Source: Kudoa neothunni (taxonomy: Eukaryota; Animalia; Cnidaria). From it: a stretch of DNA of 64,000 bases. Location: positions 5,879,200 to 5,943,199 of the forward strand of contig OZ199840.1 of the NCBI GenBank assembly GCA_964304625.1, read 5' to 3'. A model generated the notes under the pieces. The model did not search any database, had not been told where the DNA came from, and worked only from the letters and a program-made list of their open reading frames with translations. Shown here piece after piece: positions 37,701 through 52,486 of the stretch; position 1 is the first letter of the stretch; each line of letters starts with the position of its first letter. The position numbers and the translations under genes were made by a program.

Positions 37701-39956
37701 TTATTTCTTTGTAAAAACCAAGAAAGCAATAGAAAAGACCAGCAATGCTATTAAAACCCCACCAACAATCAACCTAAATCATCATTAGAACTGTATAGGA
37801 ACAGAAAATATTACAGAATTTTTGTTCCACCAACATTAGCGCTAAATTTAAGTTAATAATTAATTGAATAATCTAACAGAAAACTATCTTACCTATTCGA
37901 AATGCCTAAGAAGGATTATAATTAATAGTTATATAATATAATTTACCTTGTTTACCAGTTTCTGGGAGGTTCGGATCAAAATTATCCCTATCTCCTCCAG
38001 CCCAAAGACTCACGACGACCGGCTCACTAATGTATCTGGCCTGTACTCTCATTGAGCCCCTTCTGTAGGAAGCAACGTTGTGAAAGGTTATTTCTTGGTT
38101 GCATTTTCCTTCCCATCCAGTAGTTTTATCATATAATCCGTAAGTGTATTTGACAACTCCATCTACTATTTGGGCAAATGTAAAATCACAAATTTGGTCT
38201 GGGTCCATCTGTTCCATTGTCATTGTGACTATCAAATCGGTGTTATTCCACATGTGAGTAACATTAATTTTTTTAAGCGTTGCAACTTAATAAATGTTAT
38301 TGAGAGATTAATATTGTACATTACTTGTCGATACTGTCACCTTGTTTTTTTCAAGGTCACTAATGTATTTTCCAAATAAATATTTAAATTCGTATTCGGT
38401 ATCGTGCAAAAGGTTTTTAATGGTAAGTGGTTGTCCACACAAACCTGAACAATCAACGGACTCTTCACATTCAGATGGACTGAATGAAAGTTCACCTTCC
38501 ATTTTTTGTTGAATTTTGCAGTATACTCTTTCAAACGGAGTCACGTTCGGTGCTACAGTCAGTTTTACATGCTCGTAGTATGCTTTAATCTCAGGCAATT
38601 GCGTTATGTTGTAGTCAGCTTAACTAAACTTTAGATAATTTATTTTTTATTAAATACCTGTTTTAAATATCTTTTCTGAAATATATTTTTTAGTGCTGTC
38701 ATTGTTAGAATAAGTCACTTTAACGATATATTTTGTATTCGGTTCGAGGTCAAGAATGGTAGCATTATCACAATTTGTTGGACATAATGTAGTTGAATCA
38801 GCGCTACACTTTACGCCAATGTTGAATTTGGGGAATCCCTGCTTTCTTAACTCAATGGCACAAGATGGATTATCCAAATCATCTTTAAGCGCCGTGATAG
38901 AAAGAGTTGCATTAGTTTCTTTTGCGTCTACTTTCAGGTCGCTTTTGTCAACTAATTGACATTTAAATATAATTATTTAAGTAAGAATTTTACTTCTTAG
39001 AATTTTCTCTATTCCTGCATGATTTCTAGTACTTACTTTAACTTTAAAATCTTTGTCTGTGTCAATAAACGTTAAATCCATTTCAACGTCAGTGCATAGT
39101 TGATAACAATTATCTTCACTCGCTGGGGCGGAACACTTTGATGTCAGAGCTCCACCATCCTTTTTATCGATTTCAAATTTGCATATTTCATCTCTCATAT
39201 CTTCATCGAAAATAATTTTTATTTTATTAGTTCCACCATCGACTTTTTCGATGTGATAGGGAAGTTTGTCCAATGGACTGAATTCCATAGCCTTGTTATT
39301 TTTTCTATACATGTGTATTTTTGGTTGATTGGCACCACAAGAGAGTTCAACTGAATCACCTATTGAATCAAAGAACCCCGTGAGCTTGGTTTCAGCGTTG
39401 CATTCGGTTTCAGCGGTTGGAGTGAATTCATCCAGGACTCTATCTCCACTTGTTAGTTTACAAGTTTGGGGATGACTGCAGACATTTTTAGTGGTGAATT
39501 CTATTGAGGTTTCATTTACTTTAAATTGAGTTTGAGGAATACTGTCAGTAACTATAAGAAAATCAGGACAAAATCTCAAAAATTTTAAATACTATGGATT
39601 ATTTTAAGAGTTTCAGTTGCGTATTCGGATCTCACCTGTACATAATAGAATGGAAAAGCAGCTCCAGTTGGAATAATGTATTTCCCGACACAGGAGACAT
39701 CCTTAAGTTGTTTTCCTTCAGATTCACCCCCAATATAGTGATAAAAAAATTCGTTTCTTTCTAGCAATTGAACATTGCATTTACTTCCAGAAACCCCTTC
39801 AAGTTTTAGATGGATTGTATCTTCTAAATCGACTTGATCTCGTTGAACGTAGTATCTGTGTGAGAGGGCTAAATATATCTATTAGAGAAAATCCCACGCC
39901 CGACTAATTTTACCATTGTAACAGAAAGAAAGGATCAGCAATGAAAAGCCCAACAT
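37701..39956 (-). CDS. Cell-surface protein with ~6 Cys-containing FN3-like modules and a C-terminal hydrophobic anchor
   Basis: Signal-like MLGFSLLILSFCYN; exons of about 90-200 codons joined by phase-1 introns; FN3 tyrosine-corner motifs (ILDLEPNTKYIVKV, IKNLLHDTEYEFKY); C-terminus GISNSANVGGTKILLIVGGVLIALLVFSIAFLVFTKK* built through 13-nt and 27-nt microexons. Confidence 0.8.
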
Positions 39957-40152
39957 TTTTGGTTCTTAATTATAACAGCGTTATTAATTTTAATAGGAAT
40001 AATACAAATGAATGTGGCTCTAGATGACAATAGGAACGAAACACGGTAATTGAAATACGAACTGTAAAACTGAATAGCAATTCAACAATATCATTGAGGG
40101 CCGAAAAATAGCAATAAATCCAAAACTGAATCCTTTTGTACTTTATTAATAA

Positions 40153-42737
40153 CTAGCGCAAAAGCCCTGCTTTGCAATGGCTTCCTTGTCCAACCAAGTA
40201 GGATAAAACCTGACATGACTAAAGTCTTTTTGAATTCTATGTAAAGAGCGCTAATGCTCAGCTTCGCCTGACACTATGCGATGGAGAATTTAAATTTTTA
40301 GTTTTATTTTTGAATCGAGAAATTCTACGAAAGATATAAACTAATTAGCACGTTAAATCCTGTAAATTTTATTTTTCTATTTTAATTGTTGCATTTTAAA
40401 GCCTACAATTATCTTTGCAATGTGATGATTTAGATAAACGAAATTATGCGCACACTTTCCATTAAGATATAAATAGAGGTATTGAAGTAAGTTAATGAGT
40501 ATTTTTAAGTTTATTTTTCGAATTATTGGCCAAAAATATAATGACCTTAATTTTATGAACAGTATAATTAACGATTAAAGTTCATTTATTTATTAAACAA
40601 ATTCATTAAATAACTTAAATAGGACTTTCAGTTCTTTTCAAAATTTTTCGATAAAAATTAATCCTCCTAGCTATAAAATTTATTATTAGTCTACAAATGA
40701 CAAAGAAATAAAATCGACATAAGGTTCTTCAGAAATAAAAATATTAATTTTTACTTCTTTTTTGTAATTTTATAAAGGATGTTAATGAGGTTTTAGTAAG
40801 CTGTGAGCGGTAACTTACGTATTCATTATTTCAACATAATGTCCCAATTTTTAAATAACTGGAATCTTTCTTTTTAACAAAAATATTTACGGGTTCAAAA
40901 ATATACAAATTTAATTAAAAAAATACGATTAAATCTAAAATATAAAGGTGTTTTTGGTTTGGAAAATTACAGTAATGCTTAAATATTTAAATATCAACTA
41001 GTTTTCTCGAAGGAGTGCACCCTTTCAAAAATAAACGTACTGTTTGATTGCCCTAAAAAAATTTGGTTGTAATGAATTATTCTTAGATTAACGAAAACTT
41101 TGTGAAAATATCGGTTAGATCGAATAAACCAATAATTTCTTATTAACTTACATGGCACTTATTGAGAAAGGGCTGTATTTTGTGCAAAATTAATCATGAA
41201 TATAAATTATTAAATTACATATAGAATAGAGTGTCGTATATCTTCGTGCATCTTTTATATCATAATGAATGTTTTTTAGCGTAAAGAAAATTCTAGATTG
41301 ATACTAATATTAACCTTAAGGTCTGGGGTAAGGAATAATTAGGTTACTAAGAACTTAAACATTATTTAAAAAATTATCCCATAAAATATAGAAACTTATC
41401 GAAAAGACGAATATAATTTCAATCTCAATCGATATATTTGATAAAAAGAAATTTTCATTTACGAAGTTATCACAAAAATTTAATTATTTGGAAACTCTAC
41501 GCACATCTTACATCGTTTTTAGAATGGGTATAACGACCAAAATTATTCCAACGTGGCAACAACTTTAATCTTGAAATTATGTGTTCTATTTAAAATAATC
41601 ATAATCTTTTCGCTTAACTATATCCCTAACGCTTGAAAAGTGAAAATACATCCTAAATATATTTTGTTGTGCTTAAAATTACTCCAAACGGGCATATGTA
41701 AAATTTCTAGAACATTCTATACCATAATTAAGAGACTTTTTTTCTATATAGTGAGTAAAAGTTCATTCTAATTGATTATTACTCTTAGGTAAACAATCAG
41801 AAAATTCCTTACTTCTGACTGCGGTATTGATTATATTTATACTTCTAAGCAAACGAACGATTTTTATTAATTGTATCATCGATTCAAATGCAAACCAAAA
41901 GCTGTATTTAAAACAAGTTTATCCATGGCACATGCGTATCGCTGCAAACACACGCTGACAGACATAAGAACTTTATATATATACTAGCGCAAAAGTTCAA
42001 CTTCGTGTGGGTTTCCCTGCCCGGCCACGCGGACTAAAACCTTGGGTAGGCCAAGGTCATTTTATGTTCAAAATCGATTATAATTATTTTATCGTTCTTT
42101 CGACGACAGTGCTAATCGAAATAAACACCAATAACCCGATCATCTTAACGTTTTTCTTTATTGGACTTTATTTTCATTTAGAAATCCTAAGTTCTTACAA
42201 CTCATGTGGCGTATTAATCACTTTAACTAACCCCCGATGAACTAATTAATCTAAAAGTTTGTTAACAATGTTTCATTTAATTATAACGAGCTAACGTCAT
42301 TTAAGTTTACTTTAAAAACATTTAAAACTTTTTATATTTAATTAAACATGCAAAGTAAATACTTTATTCGAGTATATTAATCTCCCCTTTAAACAAAAAA
42401 TATTCGATTACCCCCAGTACCCTTCTACGCGCGAACGAATGTTGTAGATCGTCTTAAGTACATTCAAAAGTGGAATAGAGTAAATTTTCAAAGTTTCGTT
42501 TGTATTTACGTACAGAAAATTCGAATTACCTATGCATATCACTGAATCAATTAGCGAATTACCACTTTATAGGCAATCAGACAACCTCATTGTGTTTTTA
42601 TAGTTAATTTTGTATTTTTTAAAATATACGAAAAGACCCATACCCATTAAGTAGAAAAAGTCTCTGTATAAGGAGAAGATTTGTGCATACAAAACACACA
42701 CACACACGCACGGACACTACAACTTTATATGTACAGA
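40153..42737 (-). mobile_element. Two head-to-tail non-autonomous Helitron-like elements (about 40153-41982 and 41984-42737)
   Basis: Both have the related end CTAGCGCAAAAG...AAAACCT (3' CTAG terminus on the minus strand). Both have an opposite end with (AC)n/GACA repeats followed by AACTTTATAT. The second begins with TC on the minus strand. Confidence 0.55.
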
Positions 42738-44756
42738 TAGTAGAAAGATAAAAATGATTCCAAGGTTTTTAGTTAGTTTATTTTTTGTTGTTTTTATATC
42801 CTAAATGATTATTATGCGTGAAATTAATTTTAATTTTTTAATGGGATGCGTGGGTATAACATATAGAAAAACACTGTTCTATAAAGTCACTAAAAATTCT
42901 TTGAATTATGGTGTGAATTTATTTTTATTTTCTTTGTTTATAATAATTTTTAATATATGCAACCATATAAATTAAAAAATTTTCAAATTATTTCGAAACT
43001 TTGATATAAACATCAACCATGCTATGTCGAGACTTTGGTGGTTAGTTTTTCGCTTTTATTGCGTAACCGTGAAGATTAAACACACATTCAGCTCTGATCC
43101 AAAAAGAATCACTTCGAAATCCAGAATCTACCTCTAGTTTTATTTTTGTATTAACAAAATTTATTTTATTAATTATCGGCAGCCATGCGCTAACATTATC
43201 CAAAATCAGTTTATAACAAATTTGACTCAGAATAAAAACTATATCTGAACTACTTCTTGTTGCGGAATACTCATCATTTGTTTACTTTTTGCCATTTGTT
43301 ATTTTAAAGCTGCACATGAGGAATTATATATAATTTAACATTCACATTTTAATCTTGCCGAAAAATGTACGAAATATATCGGATATTTATCACAAATCAT
43401 ACTTTAACTAAATAAGCTTTTAATACCGATTAATTCCTACTAAAGTGAATGTATTTCGTTTTTCCGATAATTTAAATTTTAAAGAGACGAATTCTTACGA
43501 CAATTAATAAAAATATTTAAAAACATCCTAATCCGATTGTAGGAAGTCCATCGTCCAAATATTTGTTATTTTTCCATATTATTATCCATTCGGGATTAGA
43601 AAAATTCGCATAATATCTATATAAAATTATTTCTGTATAATCAATTCAAGGAGTGAACTTTGATGGTCATCGCATGCCACATCCCAACGTTGTAAAGTAA
43701 GCCTTTCGCTCCTGTAGATAAGATAATTGAAACATATTTGTAATATTAGAAAATAAAATTTTTTCAATTAAAAGCTAGATAATAATGTTATGGCAATGTC
43801 CGATTTCAGCTTATCACCTACTCATCATATTTTTGACAAAATCTGATGGTTCCGGAATTTGCCGGAAGCAATGACACCAGCCATTATCTCGAGCCTTAGC
43901 CAAAATATCGACAAAAATAAAAAAAAGGAGTCAATATTTATAATATAAAGGATTTTATATATAATTAAGTTTAATGTGTAATATTGATATCTCTCAACAC
44001 GTGAGAAAAATGAATTTAATTTAAACCTGTCGCTGAATTCTGGTACGCGTGATAATTGCTTCGTTTCTTGCACCTTTGTTTAATCTGTGTTAAAGGATTT
44101 CCACGCAGCATTAACAAATAATTAACCACATTTGCCATTTAAATAACACATTATAACTAGTTCAGAGCTCGCGTAATAACGACTGCGCTATTTATCCAAA
44201 AAACACCTAATTTAAAAATAAACGTTACCAACAATGTTCTTTATTTGTTTCATATTGAAAGAATCATCTGTGTATTAATAGGAAGTGTTTAGTCGCCCCC
44301 AATCAGAACACAAAGAATTAATTTTAGGGTTGAATTGGTGATACGCGTATTTAACTCATATAAAATATAGGGAGTTTGCTATCGTTGCTGGGAAGTGTAT
44401 TCGAAGTTTTAGACAATTTAAATTCCGGATTGGAGTGCGTAATTATTGAATGGGTCCAAACTTTACAAGCTGACGAGCGGGTAATTATCGCGTGTAATTA
44501 GGTGTTAAGTGCTGCAATATAAGTGAATTCGAATCAGTGAGTGTGATTCTGATTTGCTTTTTAAGGTTGTGTGTGGTTTGTAAAATTAAGATCCATACTA
44601 CTAATCGGATTCGCCTTTCACAGAGTACCAAAATTAAGCCCTAAGGTAATATAGCAACTAGTCTAACCTCGAATATTCGTTTCGACAAGGTTTGCGGAAT
44701 ATGAGAGTTATTTCGTTTGGTGTTTTTTGTAACCTAGTAACTATAGTGACAGGAAT

Positions 44757-46563
44757 ATGAATAACAAAAACAACGGCAACCAACTCGATGAAATAGCTTA
44801 CAAAAATCTTCTCATTAAGGTAATATATTGCATAGGCTTAGATATTCACAGAACACAATCCACGTCGTAAACATAAGTATTTTGTTTGGATAAGCTTGTT
44901 TTCGCGTGGTGTATTAATCGTGTAATAACGAGGTGCACACGCCGTATTTGAGTAGTCTACTGAATATTGATGTGTATACGGTGCAACTGATACAATTAAT
45001 ATTTTTAGTTGATGGAGTTTTATGACTTTGGCGAAGATAAATCAATACACGAAGAGCTTATACACCCAGGTCAACAAGTGGACGATCCACTTCGTTCGAG
45101 GGCCTATAAATGGTGTTTAAATTTTCTCGGTGGGGTATGGTCGGAGTCTACTATTGATGATTTTAGTATTCAGTACCTCGAGTAAGCGTTTTCTCAAATC
45201 CTACTATCTCGTGATCATTGTTATGTGATCGTTGATATAGAGGTGGGCTCACAAATTATCTCTATATTTGTGAGTTGAAGGGGGAGTTTTTAGAACAACA
45301 TTCACACACTATAAACTCACCCACGAGAGTACTATTACGCCTATACGGTGAAATTGTTGAGCATATTACAAAATTTAATGAAGGAATAATATTCAACGTG
45401 ATGAGTGAGCGTAAATTAGGACCTCGACTTTTAGGCGCATTTCCTGCTGGACGTATTGAAGAGTTTATACCGTAATGATTATGTGAATTATGTGAATAAT
45501 GTGATTGAGATTGATTTTTGTATCTATAGACGAACCACCTTAGTGTGGAAGATTTCCGGGGCGGACAATATATAAGCGATTTGGCTGAACTTATTGCAAG
45601 GTTTTAATATGCTTGATATACCTTTGAATAGGAATCCTAAAATTTTTTCAAAAACATGCCCAGGTTACCATCACTTTTTAATGTACACGCTTAATTTATT
45701 TAGGTGGCTATCATTTCTAGAGAACAACATTCATATCAGTATTAACCTTGATTGTGAGGTCAAAAATTGTTTCCTCAGATTGAAACAAATGGATATAAGG
45801 AAAAGAGGTTGAATGGTTGAATACTATGCCTCAATAAAGTTGAATCCCCTGTCGTTTTCTGTCATAATGATCTACAAGAAGGTGGTTGTTTATTCTTCAT
45901 GTTTTTTCGTGCTATATTTCTTATATGCTAGGAAATATTATGTTCAGTTCAAAAGAACATCATAACAAATCCAATCTATGTCTCATAGACTACGAATACA
46001 GTTGCTATCATTATAGGTATGTGAGAATTATTGTTGTTCATTTATATTCGCATTTAGGGGGTACGAGCTGGGAAACCACTTCACGAATACATGTATGATA
46101 ATTTCAGTACCAATTCGGACGGGTTTCTTACAATTTAAGCTGTTATCCATCGAAAGAGACTCAGGTATGAAATTTGAGGTCAAATGAATGGAGTTTGATC
46201 TAATATTTGTTGATAGCTCGAATTTGCACGCGTTTACCTTTCAACATGTGAAAAGTTATCGAAGAACAAATCCGAAGCGTATCGTAAAAAATTTATAACA
46301 ACTCCTGATAAACTTGTGGATGAAATCAATCGGTAACTATTGGTGTGTTTGTAGTTATTTGATTACTCCTAGTTATGCACTCGCCTCGCATCTCTATTGG
46401 GGCTTGTGGTCGTTTGTCCAATTCAAAATTTCAAAAATCAAATGGGGATATCTTGTATGTTTGAGTTTTAGCTTTGTTTGTTGTTAATTTTCTGCCCTAC
46501 TAGAAATATGCTATGGTAAGGTTTGAAAATTACCTATATTTTAAAGATATATGGAAATTTTAA
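44757..46563 (+). CDS. Choline/ethanolamine kinase (CHKA/CHKB family)
   Basis: RAYKWCLNFLGGVW, GGLTNYLY, VLLRLYG, LGPRLLGAFPAGRIEEFIP, Brenner motif VVFCHNDLQEGNI, LIDYEYS, GYELGNHF, ALASHLYWGLWS. First-exon assignment is less certain. Confidence 0.95.
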
Positions 46564-46701
46564 TTTCTCATTTTCACAAGCCTACTACTATAATATCTAC
46601 ATACATTATTTCATGTGTAGTTGAAAATCTTTTGCTGATTTGTTTTTTCCCCATTCGTTTAGCAATTTTAATGTATTTAATTACTAGCTAGGCTTAGTTA
46701 A

Positions 46702-46953
46702 CCCTTAACGGCTAACCATTGGATTCGCGCGTCCACCCCCCCCCCCTATTATATTGTTGTAAAACCTGTTATAATTTGTGTAATTTGCCAGACCATTGAC
46801 TTATTTTATTATGTTGGGTCGGTAGATAATGCTTTTTAAAATGTAGATCAAATTCTGACGAATATACACAAAATATAACATGCATAACAACAAAATTTAT
46901 AAACAAAATAATATAAAGATGGGCGCATGGAACTGAAGGTTATCCTTTAAGGG
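46702..46953. mobile_element. piggyBac-type MITE (252 bp)
   Basis: TTAA on both sides; TIRs CCCTTAACGGCTAACC / CCCTTAAAGGATAACC. Confidence 0.85.
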
Positions 46954-48831
46954 TTAATGCAATTGATTGTCAGCGGAACTATTTCAACACTGATCGTAAT
47001 TGTGTTTGCACTCTATTTGTGAGTTGGGATAGATACTAATATTATTTAATGATCTTATTTTTGAATTATTTTCTTTGAAATGTGGATGTTATACAAATAT
47101 TTCTTGGTGTGATAGAATAGTTTTTTAGTATCAATTAGGGTGTTCACGTACCATCAATCTTAATGATGCGACCATTTTCCGTTATTTATTTATAGCAGAA
47201 TTTATTAATCTTCCTTTATTTTTCGTCGTATTAAAAAATATTAGTCGCAAAAGTGAAAACTGAAAACGGCCAGAAACTTATCTAATACTAATGAGTAATC
47301 AAAGGGTTTCTTGTTTACTTGGCGGGGAGTGGAGTGAGGGATTTAAAGTTTTGACTGTATTTTAAATTGATAAATATTAAAGTACATGTAAATATTAAGT
47401 TAAAAATTGTAAAATTTTGTTTCTATTTATGTCTTGATGAATTATTAAATTAATTACCATTTTTGAGCCTTAATCGATTACATTAAACGAGGTATGAACA
47501 GAGATTCCGTTAATTATAAATAGAATATAAAAAAAATCATTAAATATTTTGAAATTTATTTTACAAACTATAGATAATTTTCTATGAGTAATCGAAATAA
47601 TGCTGAAAAAACTAATAAATTCAACAAAACGCCTCAGGCTGCTTTATGTATTGTATCTTGTTGTGTTTATGAAGAGTTTTTTGAGAAATATTAATTATTA
47701 CAGCGTCGGAGGCTATTTACATGGTGAATGTTAATCTTATATCACATGCAAGCGTGCGCCATGTTACTTTTTAATCCTGGCAACTCTTACTCACAACCTA
47801 TTTCGAGATTGAATTTTTTAGAATCTGCTATTTTTAATTTTTTTGGACCCTATGAGTGCAGCAGTGAGTCAGAAATAATTATAGTCAAACTAATGACACC
47901 CAAATATTATTTCTCATACAAATAATCACTTTCTATTTTAGATATAAAATTGAGGATTGGCTAACAAATTATAAATAAAGTAATGTATAAAAAGGCGGGT
48001 GCTATCTTATAAAGGAATAATACTAATATATAACTTCTTTCTAATAATTTGATGAAGGATCTGAATCCAATTTTAAACAAACGTTTGAGAGCGGAAAATT
48101 ATAGTTTCGTCATTTTTAACACAATTTCGCAACTTTTTAATAAATCTATTCTTTCTTGATAAGAAAAAAATTGATAGGCTTATAAAAACGACTAATATTA
48201 CAAAATTATTTGATCAGTGATACAAATGTGCTATTATTTAAAAAACACAGTAATGGTTAATAGTGAATTAATTTTTTCATAGGAGTACTCTCCTATAAAA
48301 ATAATATTCACTTGCTTGGAATGATTAGTTTGTTCAAATGGTATAAAATAAATAAAAACCTTGTAATAATATCGGTAGGATAGAATAAAAAATTAATTTC
48401 TTGTTTACTAACATAATAACGTTTACTGAGTATGTAGTCAATTTTTCTCAAAGTAATCGTTATTGCATATCCTAAAATTATCTATAACATTAAATATGTC
48501 ATATTTATATGAATTGTTGACCCCATAAAAATCCATTTTAGCTCAACTTAATATTCAATTAAATTTTAATTTGAATATTACGTTTAACTCTAAAGGCAGC
48601 GAATACTTAGGTTTTCTAAAGCTTTAATTTTATTTGAAAAATTATTAAAGAAGTTGCAACATTTTTCAACGAAACAGATTCAATGAAAACTCAGAAAAGA
48701 GTAAAAACTTTTCTGGAAAATTACTGCAATTTTAATCTCATTTGACTATCATGAAAAAAAGAAACTGCCAATTTCAGGAATTATAATGAATCTTGGTTGT
48801 CATTCCAAAGTTTGAAATGAAAAATAAAATA

Positions 48832-48981
48832 TAGTTAAATCTCGATTATCCGGATAATTTGGAATCAGTGAGCTTCTTTCCAGATAATGGAACATTCATC
48901 GAACTATAATTTCAATAGAATAGAAATAAAACTTAGAATGTCTTCTGGATAATCGAATTAAAAATAATAGAGGTTTGGTTG
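48832..48981. mobile_element. Degenerate Tigger/pogo-like MITE related to 53640-54213
   Basis: AGTTAAATCTCGATTATCCGGA at the left; CTGGATAATCGAA and GAGGTTTGGTTG-TA at the right. Confidence 0.45.
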
Positions 48982-49180
48982 TATCCTTTAAAAATACGAT
49001 CCGTTCTGGCATCTACTAACTTGGAGGTAATCTATAAACATATAATTGGAAGTTGTATCAACAAAAAAATTTTTGAATTAGTTATAAAACGTCTTTCGTT
49101 TAGTGAATATGCCTTTTTTTAATAAATTTATAGGGAAGTGGCTATTGACACCATAATATTCAGGTGACGTTAGTTTTGAT

Positions 49181-49240
49181 TATATTTAATTATTTCTGGT
49201 TCTTAAGAGCGAAGCGGTGAGCCAGAAATAATTAAATATA
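49181..49240. repeat. 22-bp inverted repeat (hairpin) with a 16-nt loop
   Basis: TATATTTAATTATTTCTGGTTC / GAGCCAGAAATAATTAAATATA; 21 Watson-Crick pairs plus one G-U on the + strand. Confidence 0.85.
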
Positions 49241-51403
49241 GCAGATTCAAAAAATTAGATCTGTGAACAACTTGTAAATAAGAGTTCCGGCGATTAAAAA
49301 TTTTCAGCGCGCAAGCGTACGTCCCAATAGCCTCTGCCACATTTTTATCCCTCTCCTCTGCGCAGGGCTCAGAGGAATTTTTGTCTAAGACGAAATTTCA
49401 CCTTATGTTTTAACACATTGCAAATATTATGCTTATTCGAATAAAAATTTATAAAATGGTTAATGTGGCGGAAGGCATCGACCAAAAATTACCTATTTTC
49501 TATCAAGGGAAGAACACTAAAGAATTCAAAATCTGTAAATTTCTTCAAGAGCCTGAATTACAACTTCTTTTTCTCTGACCTTACGAGGATTTTTAAGGAT
49601 CGAAATTAGATCACAAACCCCACAATTATTTTTGCGCCATTTAGCTAATTATAGTCGAGATTGGATATTGCGTGATTTTATCTTCAATATGTGGAGAAAA
49701 CAGCGTGGCAATTTTACGAAAATCGGAATAATACAATATTTCAATTGAATAAAAACAATAAAAGATACGAAGAAAACGACGATTGAGAAATTTACACTTA
49801 GTGATATAATTAGTTTTATTCTATTTTAATATTTATCTTCAGGGACATTCAATTCTTGGCAGATTTCTTTCTTATGAAACCGAGCTGAAAAATTCATGCG
49901 TTACAAGAAGTAGAAAGATTCATCAACAAAGATGAAGGAGTTTATCAAAAACCGCCCCAATGGTTATATTATTTCTGGGGGCAATTCTTGAAATGGTGCC
50001 ATCATTGAAAAATTGAACGACGTTTAAAATTTTACAGCAAGTAACGGTAAGGAAGGGTTAGGGAGCTAAAAAAAAAGATTTGAAATCATCTGTAAACATT
50101 TTCGTCGTGAAGCTGAGAGCATTATCCTTATATCTATTGATTCATGGATTTATGAAAATAAAAATTGGATATACACATATAATCCAAGGCAATAAATAAT
50201 GTTTAAACTGCTTTGTTTTATTAACAATTAAAGAACAGCAGTCACGTATTAAAGGAAGAAAATGACATAAAGATGAAAACCTTTCAAAAAAGGATATCGA
50301 TTTTAGTATAATGCTCCAAAAAATTCCTGGTTGACTTACGTTATTTTTACGAGTCAATGAAAAAGCTAAATTATAAAATGAAATCAGAAACTAAAACTAT
50401 TAACCTTCTTGAGCCCATTCTCAGCATATCCGAAGGACAAAAATTGTTTTATAGGTTTAAAGCTTTTCTTTTTATCTACAAATACAACAGGTGTTTTGCA
50501 ACCATTAGATCTAAGGATTATTTCATTGCTTTAAATGTATATATAAAAAATAATGTGTGGCCATAAGATATTATATGATGATTCGTCGAATATTAAATAT
50601 ACTTTTCTTGATGCAGTTTTGACTCCCCAACCAACATTAAATATTATTTCATCAGAAATTATTGTAAAATTTTTTAAAAGATTCTATATTTTTTGCGAAA
50701 GTAAAAATTTGTTCAAGCATCCAAAATTATATCTATTGTGATATGCCATGGAAGACGAAAAAAAAGATAAAATCTGTGAAAAAACCTAATTATTAATTAA
50801 AAGTATAATTTTAATATTTTTAAAGTTTATAAAATTACGAGGTTGTATCAACCACACAAATCCTATTGAGAATGAAATCGAATTTGATGATGAACAAACT
50901 AAAGTTTCGGTAAAGATATGCAACATGTCCTAAGTAGTTTAAGTAATGCTTTTATTCAAAAAGATCCGTCTGTGATCTTCGATCTCCATCCGATAATGGA
51001 TCGAATATTAAAAATATTATCTCAAAAGTTGTATTAATCTAAAGTAACTTAATTTTTCCATAAAAATTGATATTATTGGTTAAAAATAGTTTTCTTATAT
51101 TTAAGATAATTAATTAGCACTTATAGGAGATAAGATATTCGTATAAAACAAGTACAAAAAAGCATATATATATTCCTTTGTGTGCGTGTGTCTCGACTGT
51201 ATTTACAAATAATAATTTTCATTGTATAGGTGGATTCAAATGCGGGGCAACAAAAATTTGAAATAATTAAAACAATAGTTGAAATGACGAAGACAGTGGA
51301 TTAAAAGACTAATTTAGAATAAATCATGTTTGATAAAGAATCAAAGTTCAACTATAGCTTATACGAATTTTATACTACTAATGTTGCTGTTGATGTTTAT
51401 TTA

Positions 51404-52486
<1,083 letters not shown>

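Noticed and set aside
44820-45008. Enlarged choline kinase intron 1 as a snoRNA host
   Set aside because: A partial hairpin and an ACA are present, but there is no properly placed H box or rRNA-complementary pocket; more likely an alternative promoter region.
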